Positions 1-12,399 of a DNA stretch of 64,000 bases are shown here, piece after piece. The notes under the pieces are model-generated. The model searched no databases, was not told the DNA's origin, and saw nothing but the letters and a program-made list of their open reading frames with translations. The stretch is taken from NCBI GenBank assembly GCA_965112735.1, contig OZ218953.1, positions 4,278,001 to 4,342,000 of the forward strand. Direction: 5' to 3'. This stretch comes from Phaeosaccion multiseriatum (Eukaryota > Protista > Ochrophyta, other classes). A program made the position numbers and the translations under genes. The first letter of the stretch is position 1, and the number at the start of each line of letters is the position of its first letter.

Positions 1-96
1 AGAAAGAGAGAGAGCGAGACGGGAGAGAGACAGAGGGGCGTGGCAGGAGACTTGAGAGAGAGGGGGGGGGATGTGGCGCATGGGCTTCTGGTGTGC

Positions 97-3000
97 TCAA
101 GTGGACTCTCCTCCACGTGAGCTCTGCCAGAGTGTACACACCAAAGCATGCATGTTCGAGGCCAACATATAGATGGGAAACAAGGGTGCGGGCGACCAGA
201 AGCAGCGAGCACTGCAGGGACCCAAGGGGCTTTCTCCCACCTTCTCGACAAGGGCGGCAGCTTCTGGGGACAAGTCCGCTGCTGCTGCTGCTGCTGCTGC
301 CGGTGGGGGAGGGGGGGTTGCTCCTACTGCTGCTGCTGCTCCTGCTGCTGCTACTGCTGCTACCGGTGCTGCTGCTGCTCCTCCCCCGCTCGCCGCTGCC
401 TCCCCCTTTCCTCCAGCGGGTTTGGAGGGCTTGACCTCCTTGCCGCCTACCGAGTACCCTCCCTTACTCGCCCCCTTCGCCTCCCTCATATCCTCGGGGA
501 GTTCTTTGACGTAGTCGATGAAGGTTATACCTGCAAGTGAGAAAGGGTGGGAAGGAAGGAAGGAAGGAAGGAAGGAAGGAAGGGAAGGGAAGGGAAGGGA
601 AGAACAAATAACGGCGACAGGTGGGAATATAAGCACCTTCCATGGTAGGTGGTATGCAAGTCAAGTCACGTGGTTGGTTATTCGGCACCAGCACTCGTCG
701 CCAAGGAATGGGTGGTCCTTCCTTCTTCCGCTCATGGATAGGCCTGTTTTTTCTGGTCTCCGTCCCTCCTTCCCCCCTTCACTCCCTCCGCCTCCCTCCT
801 GTATCACCAACCCACTCACCTCCCATGTAGGGTACCAGCACCTCTGGCACTTTGACCCCCCCGTCGGCTTGGTAGTTCTCCAGGATGCAGCTTAGCGTCC
901 GAGTGGTGGCGCACAGGGTGGAGTTGAGCAAGTGCACATACTTCTTCTCCGTCTGCAGAGGGCGACAGAGGATGAGGAGGAGGAGGAGGAGGAGGAGGAG
1001 GAGGAGGAGGAATGAAGGTGTGGGGTGGGGAGGAGGAGGAGAAAGAGGCGGATGATGATGAGGAGGAGGGAGGGGGAGGCGGAGCCGTAGCCAAGCAGAG
1101 CATGGAATGAACAACTCACGACAGGCGATTGACACCATTGACGGACCTGATTGAGCTTCTTTTGCCCGGAACGAATCTCCATGCCCCTGCTTTGATAGTC
1201 CGTGCAGTTGGAGCAGGACACGAGCTCTCGGTACTCCTCGTAGCCCGGGAACCACGCCTCCAAGTCGTACTTCTTGATGGCTGCGTTGTTGAGCTCTGCG
1301 GACACGAGGTTAATCACGCGGTAAGACAGCCCCAGGGATTGGTAGAACGCCTCGGAGGTGGCCAGCATCTGTGATTGATTGATAGAGAGAGGGAGAGAGA
1401 AATAGAGAGAAAGAGAGAGGGAGGTTGGTTGGTTGATTGGTTGATTGGTTGCCCTCCTTGACCCGGTCCCTCCCCTCCCCTCTCGGGCCTCCTCGCCTCC
1501 TCCCCTTCTCACCTCCTTGTGCAGGACATCGGACTTCTCCAAATCCCCCTCACACACCACAAACTGTTCCACTTTTTCAAACTGATGCACGCGGAAGATG
1601 CCCCACACGTCCTTGCCGTGGGCCCCTGCCTCCTTGCGAAAGCACGTGGAAACGCCCGCGTATCGGTACGGAAGCTCCTTTTCGTCCAGCCACTCGCCCT
1701 TGTGAAAGCCGCAAAGGGGCTGCTCGGAGGTGGCAATCAAGTACTTGGGTTCCGTGAGGCCCTTGCCGGTCACCTGATTATGTTTGTCAGTTGATTGATT
1801 GATTCATCGGTTGATTGATTGGGTGATTAGGTGCAAGTGAGTCGTGGGAGGGGAAGAAGGTACGGGTTGTCCAAATACAAACATTACCTTCATCAGAACC
1901 CGAAAAGAATCAAGAGCCCTCCCCGCCCCCTCCCCCCCTCACCTTGTACAGCTCCTCGTCAAATTCCTCAAGCTGCGCCACTCCAGCCATCACGTCCTGA
2001 TTCATAAAGAAGGGAGTCTGCAAAACGGAATACTCCCTCTTCCGCAGGAAGGCGATGGAGTAGTTGATAAGTGCCTGGTTCAGCAGCACTGCGGCGTCAC
2101 GGAGGAAGTAGGCGCGGTGTCCGGCGATGCGGGAGCCCCTCTCTGGCTCGTAGCCCCCGATGCGGTACAGAACCTTCGCGTTTTGTTTTTAGTTTTCCAC
2201 ACACACACACACAAACAAGGGGCGGGCTAGGTGAGGATACGTGAGGAAGCAGCAGCAGCAGCAGCAGCAGTAGCAGCAGTAGCAGCAGTAGCAGCTGTAG
2301 CAGCAGCAGTAGCAGCAGCAGTAGCAGCAGCAGTATGTTGGAGGTGGGTGCGGGTCCTCTCGGCGTATTTCCTTCCTCTCGTTGGTATCGCACTTCCGAA
2401 ACCACCACATACCCTTACTCTCTCACCTCGTGATGGTGCAGAATCTGCTCCCCGCTCGGCGTGGGGCCAAAGGTGCTTACCACGATGCTGTCTTTCTCCT
2501 CGTCCTGGGACACGGGCACGTCATCCGCCACAATGTTGCCAATCTTCCCCAGCAGCTGGTCGCGTTCCGCAGCCAGGGTGACTGGGTAAGGATAAAGGGT
2601 AGCGGAGTAAGGGAGGAGACACAAGGGAATCAATCTCCCGTCATCGGTCGTTTTTCAGGGCTTATATGTGAGAACGAACGCAAAGGCAGAGGCACAGGCA
2701 CCAACCTACCCCACTACTTACCCATCTTCTCGTTCATCTCCACACTCTCAACACCCATGGCCTTGATACTGGCCTCCTTCTCAGGGTCCCCCTGCCCGCC
2801 CTTCTTGCGCAGCTGCCCCACCTCCTTCTGGAGAGCGTTTTTCGCCTTGGAGAGATGGTCGAGTTGGGTGCGTGTCGTTCGCCACGCTGCATCCTTCTCT
2901 AGCACCTGTTGAGGGAGAAGCGAACGCCGGGAGATGACGGGATGCGGAGGGGGAGGGGGTAGAGGGGAACAAGGGACATTCAGCAACATCGCCAGAATCA

Positions 3001-3247
3001 GATATCCCTGGCCGGTCTTGTCCGCGGCTCTAAGGTTCGGCTCATCCACACCCCTCCCTCCCTACTCTACTGCGTTGAACTTCATCCCAAAGCTACTTCC
3101 TCCTTTTTTTCCTCTCCTCCATTCCCTCAGCCCCCTCACCTGGTCCACGAGCGTCAAATCCTTGGCGAACCGCCGCTGCTCACTCTGCCGGACCTTGTCC
3201 GGATCTCCCCCCTTGTCCTTGCGCAGGATGTTGATATCCAGAGGCAT
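97..3247 (-). CDS. SARS1: Cytosolic seryl-tRNA synthetase (class II), >=8 exons; 3' end may continue past the left window edge
   Basis: ATG at 3247 ([27 protein letters not shown]). Exons approx 3140-3247, 2722-2905, 2427-2581, 1943-2173, 1513-1773, 1147-1368, 799-952, 241-531, with GT-AG ends. Motifs [19 protein letters not shown]...[51 protein letters not shown]. Confidence 0.95.
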
Positions 3248-3398
3248 GTTGTGTCCAGGACAGAGCAAAGGGAATGGGGAAAAACAAAAAAAAAATTGAT
3301 GGCAGCAATTCCTCTCTCTACTTTCCCAGTCGATGAGCTCTATAAGTTTGCCGTTTCAGTTTAAGTGAACGTTTCACTTTCTTCTGTTTTTTATTCTT

Positions 3399-3484
3399 CT
3401 CCTCTCCGGGTCTCTCTGCATACAGTTGTATCATACTCATCTCCCTCCGGGTCTCTCCTCTCCGGGTCTCTCCTCTCCGGGTCT
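3399..3484. repeat. 15-bp repeat CTCCTCTCCGGGTCT (3 exact copies + 1 degenerate) in the divergent SerRS/GH16 intergenic region
   Basis: Exact copies at 3399-3413, 3455-3469 and 3470-3484; degenerate copy at 3441-3454. Confidence 0.85.
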
Positions 3485-3570
3485 CTCCTATATTCCTCTC
3501 CCTCCTTCTCTCTCTTCCTCCCTCGCACTCCTCATTCGTTCACTTGAAGAGGGCCTCACAGCAGAACAGC

Positions 3571-6441
3571 ATGAAGGGAAGAAGTGTGCCTGCTTTGCTG
3601 GCGGCCACCCTCCTAAACCTGGGCACCGCAGGAGGAGCCCTCATATTCTCGGACGACTTCCATGGGGATGCATTGGATACGACAAAGTGGCTGCCTCACA
3701 TCGGAGACGGCTGCGACGTGGGCCTGTGCGGTTGGGGCAATGGAGGTAAGGACAGAATACGATGGTGCGGCATACGAAGTGGAGGACAAGGGTGGTATGC
3801 CTAGTGCGTTCTTCTGGTACAGGAGCCTGTTTTCTTACTCCCCAGACCTACTGCCTGTCTCTCCCTCCGGCAGAGGGACAATACTACACTGACGAGCAAA
3901 AGAACCTGAGGGTGGAGGACGGCTTCTTAAAGCTGCAGCTTCGCCGCGATCGAGCGGACGGCTCACCCTACTCCAGTGCGAAAATTCGTACGTACGGATT
4001 GTTCGACTTTACGTATGGCCGAGTTGAGGCCAGTATCAAGACGCCTCGGGGTGCCATTGGTGTCTGGCCTGCCTTTTGGATGTAAGTGTGAGCTTCTTTC
4101 AAAAAAAAGAGAGAGAGGTCCTCACCTGCAGTACCTTGCTGGGCAGGAGCTCCTACACTTCGCTCAACATTCTATCGTATCCCAACAACCGAATAACTGA
4201 CGCACGCACATTGTCTTTCTGTTAGAGCAGGCTGCCTGCGCCTTATGGTCCTTGCGGTAACGTGAGCGGCTGCGGGGAGTACGGCAGCTGGGCTGCCTCG
4301 GGAGAGATTGACATTCTGGAGACCGCGAACGGACAAGAGTGCGCCACGTCGGCCATCCACTTCGGGGGAGAATGGCCTGGCAACGTCTATCTTTCGGACG
4401 GGAAGTGCCCAAACGATGGCACGACCCTCGACCAGGACTTCCACACATACGCCTTGGAATGGTGAGCCGACCTAGTCAAGGAAAGCCCTTCCCTGGGAAG
4501 AGGAGACGAAAGGACATGATCCATTGCAAGCGTGCACGCTGTCGACCTTCTCGCCCTTCAGACTAGATTGGGGGGTGGTATGAAAAGTAGCCCTAAGCGA
4601 GGGCTCCCCGCACACTCCTTATGCGTGCTCCGCACTTGGGACACTCACGCCCTCTTCCTCAACACATACATCTAACTCCAGTCGCCTCTGCGTACCATCG
4701 CAGGACGTCTTCGGAGATTCGCTGGTACATGGACGGGAGCCTCTACCACAGGCAGTCGGACTACCACTCAGCTGGACCGGGGGGCTACCGCACCTCCCCC
4801 GCCCCCTTCGACAAGGCGTTTCATTTGATCCTCAACCTCGCCGTCGGAACAGCGAACACCCCCTTCACGGGGTGGCAAGAGGAGGATAGCGAGGCCATCG
4901 CGGCGCTGGAGCCCACGCTCGAGGTGGACTATGTCAGGGTCTGGGATATGGAGGACGTCTCGGAGGTCGTCCCTGAGACCCCCTTGGTTGTGTTTCACAT
5001 TCCTTCTCCAGAAACCCTCGTGCAGGCTGCGGCGGGTGACGTCATCTTCGAGGACGATTTCTCGCAAGACGGAGCCATCGATGGCAGCAAATGGTCCTTC
5101 GCCACAGGCAACGGTTGTGAGATGGGAGTGTGCGACTGGGGAAACGCAGAGGTACGTAGTGGAGTGAAAGAAAAAGGGGAGCGTCTGCTTGTTGACTGAC
5201 TGCTCTTGACTGCGGCTGACAAACTAGTGATTGATGGCGATGGACCATTCGCAGTACTCGTCGTATGTGCTGGCTCGCCCACTCGCTCTCTCTTTGTCTC
5301 ACACACCCACTCTCACACACACACTCTCTCTCCCCTCTCCCTCTATTAGGTAGAGTACTACACCCAAAGCACCGACAATGCCCACAACGAGGACGGAAAC
5401 CTTCACATCAGCGTGCTCAGCAACCGCGCGGGCAGGTACCCTTTCTCGTCCGCCCGCATCATGACCGTCAACAAGTTCGACTTTATGTACGGAACTGTGG
5501 AGGCCCGCCTCAAGTTCCCCGGCGCCACGCAGGGTCTTTGGCCCGGCTTCCGAATGTAAGTCTCACGCGATTTCGGGTGTTCGCTTGGGATTTCGCGGGG
5601 TTAGCTAGGGTTTGGTTCTCACTGCAGCTATCCAATTGTATTTGGTAGTGGTAGTTGTGGTTTGATTTCGAATCGTGCCTTCACGTAAGTACGTAAGTAC
5701 GAACACCAACGCATGGTCGTTGTCCCTTCTTGCACCGACCCGCTGCCCACAGGCTGCCGTCACCAACCGGGGAGGGAGCTGAAAACTGCTACGCTGGTGG
5801 GACGGACAAATACAGACAGCCTAGGGCGGGGTGTGGGGACTATGGCGTGTGGGCGGCAAGCGGCGCCATTGACATTGCCCATAACCGAAACGGCGATCCA
5901 AGCTTCGAAACCACCGTCTTTTACGGTGGGAACTGGCCCAACCAAGCCAGCAGGGATATCAACGAGCCCCTCCCCTCCTCAGACTTCCACGAGTACCGTC
6001 TGGAGTGGACCCCTTCTGGTCTGTCTTTCTATATCGACGACATTCTGTATCAGGAGCTTGACGACACCTTTACCATGTTGGGCAACGATCTTCTCCCTTC
6101 CCCTGCGCCGTTTGACAAGCCCTTTCACCTTGTTTTCGGAGTCGCCGTGGGGGGTGTCGACACAGCATTTACTGGTGAGTGAGAGCGGGTGAGAGAGCCT
6201 GTACATGAGAACGAAGGAAGCGAGACAGCCCAGGAAGCAAGCGGGGAGAAGCAAACGAGCCGTCGCAAGCAAGCGAGTGAGGCGGTCATCATGACTGAGC
6301 AGATGCTCCGACTCACCCTCCCCTCCCCTGCCGCGCGAGTTGCTACCTTCCGTCTCCTCTGCTTCTTTCGTCTCTCGTTGCTGATGGTGTTGCCGTCCAA
6401 CCCGCCTCTCACCCCACGCCTCCGCCTCCTTTTCCCTCATA

Positions 6442-6476
<35 letters not shown>

Positions 6477-7771
6477 CAGGCTCGCTCGAACCCGACGAGG
6501 CCACCATCCGTGCCACATCTCCCTCGCTGGAGGTGGATTATGTTCGTGTAACGGCCAACGAATGGACTCAGTACTCCACCCCTTCCACTGACGCGGGAGG
6601 ATCGGAGCCTGAGGAAGCAACCCCCGTCCCGCGAGAACCTGCAACCGCACAGCCCGCCGCCGCGCCCGCGCCCACGCCCATGCCCGCGCCAGCACCCACG
6701 CCCACCACCTCACAGCCCACAACCTTGCCACCCTTAACCATCTTGGAGAGGCCTCCGGGAGCTCCCACGCCCACCACCACCACCAATCAGCAGGTGGTGA
6801 CCTCCTCCGAGTGTACGGGCTTGGCGGGGTGCGGGGTAGGCATCCAAACGTGTGTGGTGGATGAAATCTGCCGCAATGGAGGGGCCATCGGATGCATTGG
6901 AGGAGAAATCTGCCGCTACTGTGGCTTCGCGAACTTCCCTGCGTGCCCTATGCCTCCTCCCACCCCTCCTCCCACCCCTCCTCCCACCCCTCCTCCCACC
7001 TCTCCTCCAACCCCTCCTCCCACCTCTCCTCCCACCCCTCCTCCCACCTCTCCTCCAACCCCTCCTCCCACCTCTCCCCCGACCTCTCCTCCAACCCCTC
7101 CTCCGACCTCTCCTCCGACCTCTCCCCCGACCTCTCCTCCCACCTCTCCCCCCACCTCTCCCCCGGTGGAGAATAACACCAACTCTGGGAGCGTAGAAAG
7201 CGCCCCGGAGTGTGAAGGCGTTGCAGGATGTGGGATCGGAGGCCAAACGTGCGTGCTTGACGAAATGTGCCGTGTCGGGGGTAGCGGATGTATCGGAACC
7301 GAGTCCACCTGCCGTTACTGCGGTTTCAAGTCCTTCCCTGCGTGCCCTGAGCCTGAGGTGCGGTCTTGCTCTGCAGTCAACGAGCAGTGCGGCGGCAAGA
7401 AGTGGAAGGGAGCCACATGCTGTGACGCCGGCAGCGAATGCGTCCGAAGCACAAAGTGGTATTCCGCATGCAAGCCTGTCTCATACCCTGCTTCTGGGTG
7501 CGCCGCTACTCTGGGGCAGTGCGGTGGCAAGAAGTTCGACGGCCCCGACTGCTGTGAGAGTGACGCAGACGAGTGCGTCAAGTACAGCAAGTGGTACTCC
7601 AAGTGCGAGCCTACCAACAAGAGCGAGTATACGCCCGCCTGTCAGGCCAAGGGGATGCAGTGCGGTGGAAAGAAGTATGACGGGCCTCACTGCTGCGAGG
7701 AGGGACTTGAGTGCGTCAAGAAGGACTGGAAGCTCTCCAAGTGTGTACGCCCATGGACCCAAGCCGTGTAG
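3571..7771 (+). CDS. Secreted multidomain GH16 beta-1,3-glucanase (laminarinase-like): signal peptide, GH16 (active), GH16 (degenerate), Pro/Thr linkers, 2 Cys-rich repeats, 3 CBM1-like modules
   Basis: Signal-like N-terminus MKGRSVPALLAATLLNLGTAGG, then LIFSDDF...GWGNGE, YSSAKIRT..FTYGRVEA, WPAFWM, WAASGEIDILE, DFHTYALEW, PFDKAFHLILNLAVG, LEVDYVRV. A second domain repeats these motifs. C-terminus has QCGG...CC...C..WYS.C x3. Exons approx 3571-3746, 3874-4081, 4231-4461, 4704-5151, 5350-5555, 5753-6174, 6480-7771. Confidence 0.92.
6953..7165 (+). repeat. 12-bp coding tandem repeat encoding a (PPT[P/S])n linker
   Basis: CCCACC(C/T)CTCCT units translate to PPPTPPPTSPPT... Confidence 0.9.
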
Positions 7772-8130
7772 AGTGAGTGAGTGAGTGAGTGAGTGAGTGA
7801 GTGAGTGAGTGAGTGAGTGAGTGAATGACTGAGTGAATTCTGTTTACGCCCATTGACGCAGGCGACGTAGAGTAAGTGAGTGGGTGCGTGTATACGTGTA
7901 AAGGATGTATGTATATATGTACGAACGTTTATGTGTATTTGTGTACATATGAGTGAGTGAGTGAGTGAGTGAGTGGGTGTATACGTATTTATGTATCCAC
8001 GTATTTATGTCTATATGGAGTGTTTACATGTGTGTAAGTGTGAGTGAGGGAGTGAGTGAGTGGAGTGAGTGAGTGAGTGAGTGAGTGAGTGAGTGAGTGA
8101 GTGAGTGAGTGAAGTGAGTGGAGTGAGAGC
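7772..8130. repeat. (GAGT)n microsatellite blocks in the convergent 3' region between GH16 and kinesin
   Basis: Direct reading: blocks at ~7772-7825, 7951-7974 and 8040-8125. Confidence 0.9.
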
Positions 8131-8311
8131 ATCAAACAGCGGTTGCGGTTCGTTGGCAGGAAGGACTTTCCAGAGTCCTTCATCCAAAGCCACACATACA
8201 CACACAGAGTCCTTCATCAAAAGCCACACACTGCATGCGCGTGCGCGTGCGTGCGTTTAAACTAAACATGTTCTGTAGTTCATATGTCATTGAATCAGTC
8301 GCCTCTTCACT

Positions 8312-8792
8312 TCAACCTGTGGGAGCGAGCTGTTGTTGCTCCTCTCTCAACTCTGCTTGGTCTTTGCCTAGGGGCCATTCCTCCTCTTTCAGCAACTGCT
8401 TCTCCTCTTCCAACCCTTGGTCTTCGCTTGGACCCCGTTCCTCCTCTGTCGACCGTGGCTGCTGCTGCTGCTCCTCCTCCTCCTCCTCCTTCAACCCTTC
8501 TGGATCTGTGCTTAGGGGCCACTCCTCCTCCTCCGGCCGCTGCTGTTGCATTCGTCCCCCCAACTGCTCCCGCTGCTCTTTGCTCAGGGGCGCGTCCCCC
8601 CCCACACCCGTGAGAAGCGCCGCCCTTGCTTGCACAGACGTCAACGAAGACATGGCCCCGCGTGAGCGAGGCGACCTTGCCCGAGGCGACCTTGCGAGAG
8701 GTGATCTGCTGCCATCTTTTCTGCGAATGTGAATCATCAGGAGCTCCTCCATAGTCTTGGCCCTCTCGTCGCTCTTATTGTACAGATTCCTC

Positions 8793-8848
<56 letters not shown>

Positions 8849-11800
8849 AACAGAGGGGGGTGCGGCGCGGGCATGTAATGGTGTGTTTAGCCTTCGAGAG
8901 CCTTCGAGAGCGGGGGGTTGCAACCCAAGTAAGATAAAAGCGACAACAAATTGACACAAACACGGAGGCCAAGGAAGGACGGGAAACACCGGGCGGGGCG
9001 CAAGGGGTTGCAAGAGTACTACGGCCCCTGCGCAAAGGACGGTATATCACTTGGGAAGAGAGCAGATCAGTCCGTCAGTCAGTCCGTCCGTCAGTCAATC
9101 AGTCAGTAACGCTTTCCAATCCCCCACCACCCAGCGAGTGTGTAGCTCCATCCTTCAACTCCGTAACACCCCCCCCCATCCATCCACGCCGTGGCTAGCA
9201 TAGGCCTCGCAACACAACGCCTCCATCCGTCCCGTGGGTACCATAGGCCTCCTGTAGGCCTTTGGTAGGCGACCTTCCGTTTCAACGTACCTCGCCTCTT
9301 GCTCCTTCAGTCGCAGTATTTGCTGCCGCTGCAAGAAATTCTTCTTCTTGGTGTCGCTCAATACACTTATAAACGTGTCCTGCTCTTGCTCTTCCGCCCT
9401 CCTCGCCCTACTCATGCTTTCATCGTCCTCACCACGCTTCTCCTGCGACGGCTTCGACGGTGACTTGCGAAACATACTCATACTCAACACGGGGCGAGGC
9501 GGGCGGGGTGGGGTGGCGGCCTCAAGGCTATGTCGCCGCCCCTGCTCCTGCCCCAAGAGTTTGTTCGACTCGGCCAAGTCTTCCTTAGTTTTGGCGAGCT
9601 CAAGACACAGGATCTGTTTTACAGTACGAAGTGCACAACACACACAAAGAAGCAAAGAAAAAAAGAGATCCTTTAGGTTTAGGCGTTGAATTGTTGGGAC
9701 CAGGGTACAAGAGAGAGAAGAGGAGAGGGAGAGACAAGAGAGAGAGATGAGAGAGACAGAGAGATAGGGAGGGAGGGAGGTAGAGATTGAGACAGAGATA
9801 AAAGAGAGAGTTAAGAGAGTGAGAGAGATTGAGGGATAAGAGAGAGAGGTTTGGAGTAGATAAATCAGTTCGAGGTCGAGGCGGGTGCACAACACATCAT
9901 TGAGACCTCGGCCCGGAAACGCTCCAACACTCACTCTAACCTCGAAGCCTCACAGAGGGCGCTCACAGAGGAACGAAGGGAGAGGGGCACGCACACACAC
10001 GCACTCACTCGCACACACACGCACACAAACACACACGCACACACACGCGCGCGTGCACAAATCTCACCTTCTGCCGCTCCATCATCTCTCCAAGCTCTTC
10101 GCTGAGGTCCTGCACGATGCGGTGATGAGCGACTTCACGAGCAGCCAACTCCGCCTCTCTGCTGCCTGAGTCATCATCACCCTCACCACCCTCATCACCT
10201 CGGCTGCCCTCGCCTTGCTCCTCGCCATCCTCTTGCCCTCCTAGAGCCGCATCGTGCTCTGTCTCCGCCTTCCTCTCCTGCGGCTCCCTTTGCTGCCCTT
10301 CACCCTCAGAATCCTCCTCAGACACGAAACGAGAACCCCGGGGAGAAGAGCTTCTTCTTCCATCTTGCCCGGCCTCCGCCTCCTCCTCAAGACTGCTGCT
10401 GCCCCTCCTTCTACTACTATTATCATAACCACTTCCTCTACCACCTATCCCCTCCTCCTCCTCCTCCTCCTCCTCCTCCTCCTCCAGGGCCTCCTCCATC
10501 GCCAGTCTCTGTTGAAGCATCCGCACCTGCTCCTGCAGCTCTGCCTCTCTCTTCTCAGATGCATCGAGCATCCGAGAGTACTCGGCGAGAGAGCGCTCAC
10601 GGTGCACCACTGGTGTGTTCTTGACGCCTTTGGCTCTTTGCCCGAATCGCAGGGTGGAGAGTGTCTCGCTGGCGTGTCGAAGGGAAGGACTACAGGTGAG
10701 CAGCAGCGAGGTTTGGTTATCTCCTCCCAACGCATTCTGAGACAGATTTAGATGATGACGTTCGGGGCACGTTTGGCGTTTGTCATTTGTAGAGTCAGTC
10801 AAGGGCGGGGGGGGGGGGCACGGGCACAAGAGAAAGATGAGGGCAGGACTTTGAAGGAAGACGAAAACGGGGAATACGGCGTAAAGAGGTGTCCGCTCTA
10901 CCACTCTCCCTTCTATCATTCACTCCCTCCCTCCATCACCCACTCACTTCCCCACTCTCTCTCTCCCTCACCCACTCACTCACCCACTCCCTCCCACCCT
11001 CACCCACTCATCACTCCCTCACTCACCTTCAAGATGCGAGTCAGTTTCGAGTCCCGATAGGGCACATGGGGCGTCGATTTTGTAAGAGCCATGATCACAT
11101 TCCCCAGGCTTGAAAGGCTCTTGTTGATTTGCTTCGCCTCCTGCGTGTTGGGGAGGGAAGGCAAAAGACAGAAGCAAGGTTGGTGCGGAAGGGCACGGTA
11201 CGGTGTCCGCGGTATACGGTATACGGAATGCGGTATCAATTACCCCCCTTCCCCTCCCGCCTCCAATCGCCGTCGATGGAGAACCAATGCCCGTCGATGG
11301 AGAACCAATCAATCTCTCTCCGCTCTACTCCCAACCATTCATTCTCCCGCCATTCGAAGACCCTCTATCTCTATCCTCCAATCTCTGCTGCCGACCACTC
11401 ATTCTTCTGTCCATTCGACTTGACGGACCTGCTGCCTGACGCCCACTGCCCCGGTCTTGGCCAGGGATTCACTTCCTGCCAAGTCGACAATGTGCATTCT
11501 GCCGGCCAGCTCTTCCCCTGTGGGACAAATGGCCCACCAACAGACACACACGACAGGCACGTAGAGAGAGAGAGAGAGACAGAGAGAGGGGGGGTAAGAT
11601 ACGAGAGGGAGAGGGACAGATAGAGAGAGAGGGTATACACATATGCACGCATGGAGAGAGGGACCAGAGCGGTAGTTCAGGGATGTCTAGTCAAGCGAGG
11701 GGTAGAAAAGCTCGACAGTGGGAGTGGGCAGGAAAGAACAATAAAGACGGGAAAAAACCTACGCTAACTCCTACTGCATGACCTGTTCGCATATCGAGCT

Positions 11801-12368
11801 GGTCTGTGCTGATAATGAGCACTGCGTGACTCCGTGAGCTTCGGCTGTTCATGGCGTGACTGCCCACGGCTCGGTACCGCGAGGCCTCTCGGACGCGCTG
11901 CATCAAGCTCGACGCCGTTGAGAACGTCTCCTCTCGGAGACCTTGAGAGATGAGAGGGGAGGAGAGCAGAGATGGGAGGAGGGAGGGAGGGAGGAAGGAA
12001 GAGAGGCACTGCATGAGATGAGAAGAGGAGGAGGAGGAGGAGGGGGAGTGAAGCGGAAAGGAGCAGCGAGGCGGGTCCTACGCTATTCCTGCCTCCTGCC
12101 TGCAGCTGCAGCTGCTGCTGCCTGATGGCCGTAGAAGCATCCGTCTCCCCTCGCCTATCGCGTTGATGGCCGAGGAAGCAGCGTTCTCCCCTTCCCAACC
12201 GTACCTTCAACGAACATGCCCACTTTGGGCGACTCTCTGAGCTGCATATCGGCGGTGCTTGGCCTGAGGAGGTCTTTAATCTTCTCATTGTAAATCTCCA
12301 GGAAGGACACCTAAGCAGAGCAGTTGGTAAGACGGGGCAGAGCAGCGCAGAGCAAGAGGGAAGCAGTA

Positions 12369-12399
<31 letters not shown>

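Noticed and set aside
8312-8540. Three ~23-aa EEEWPL..D repeats at the kinesin C-terminus; 21-bp duplication at ~11271-11310 in an intron
   Set aside because: Ordinary local tandem duplications with no sign of further function.
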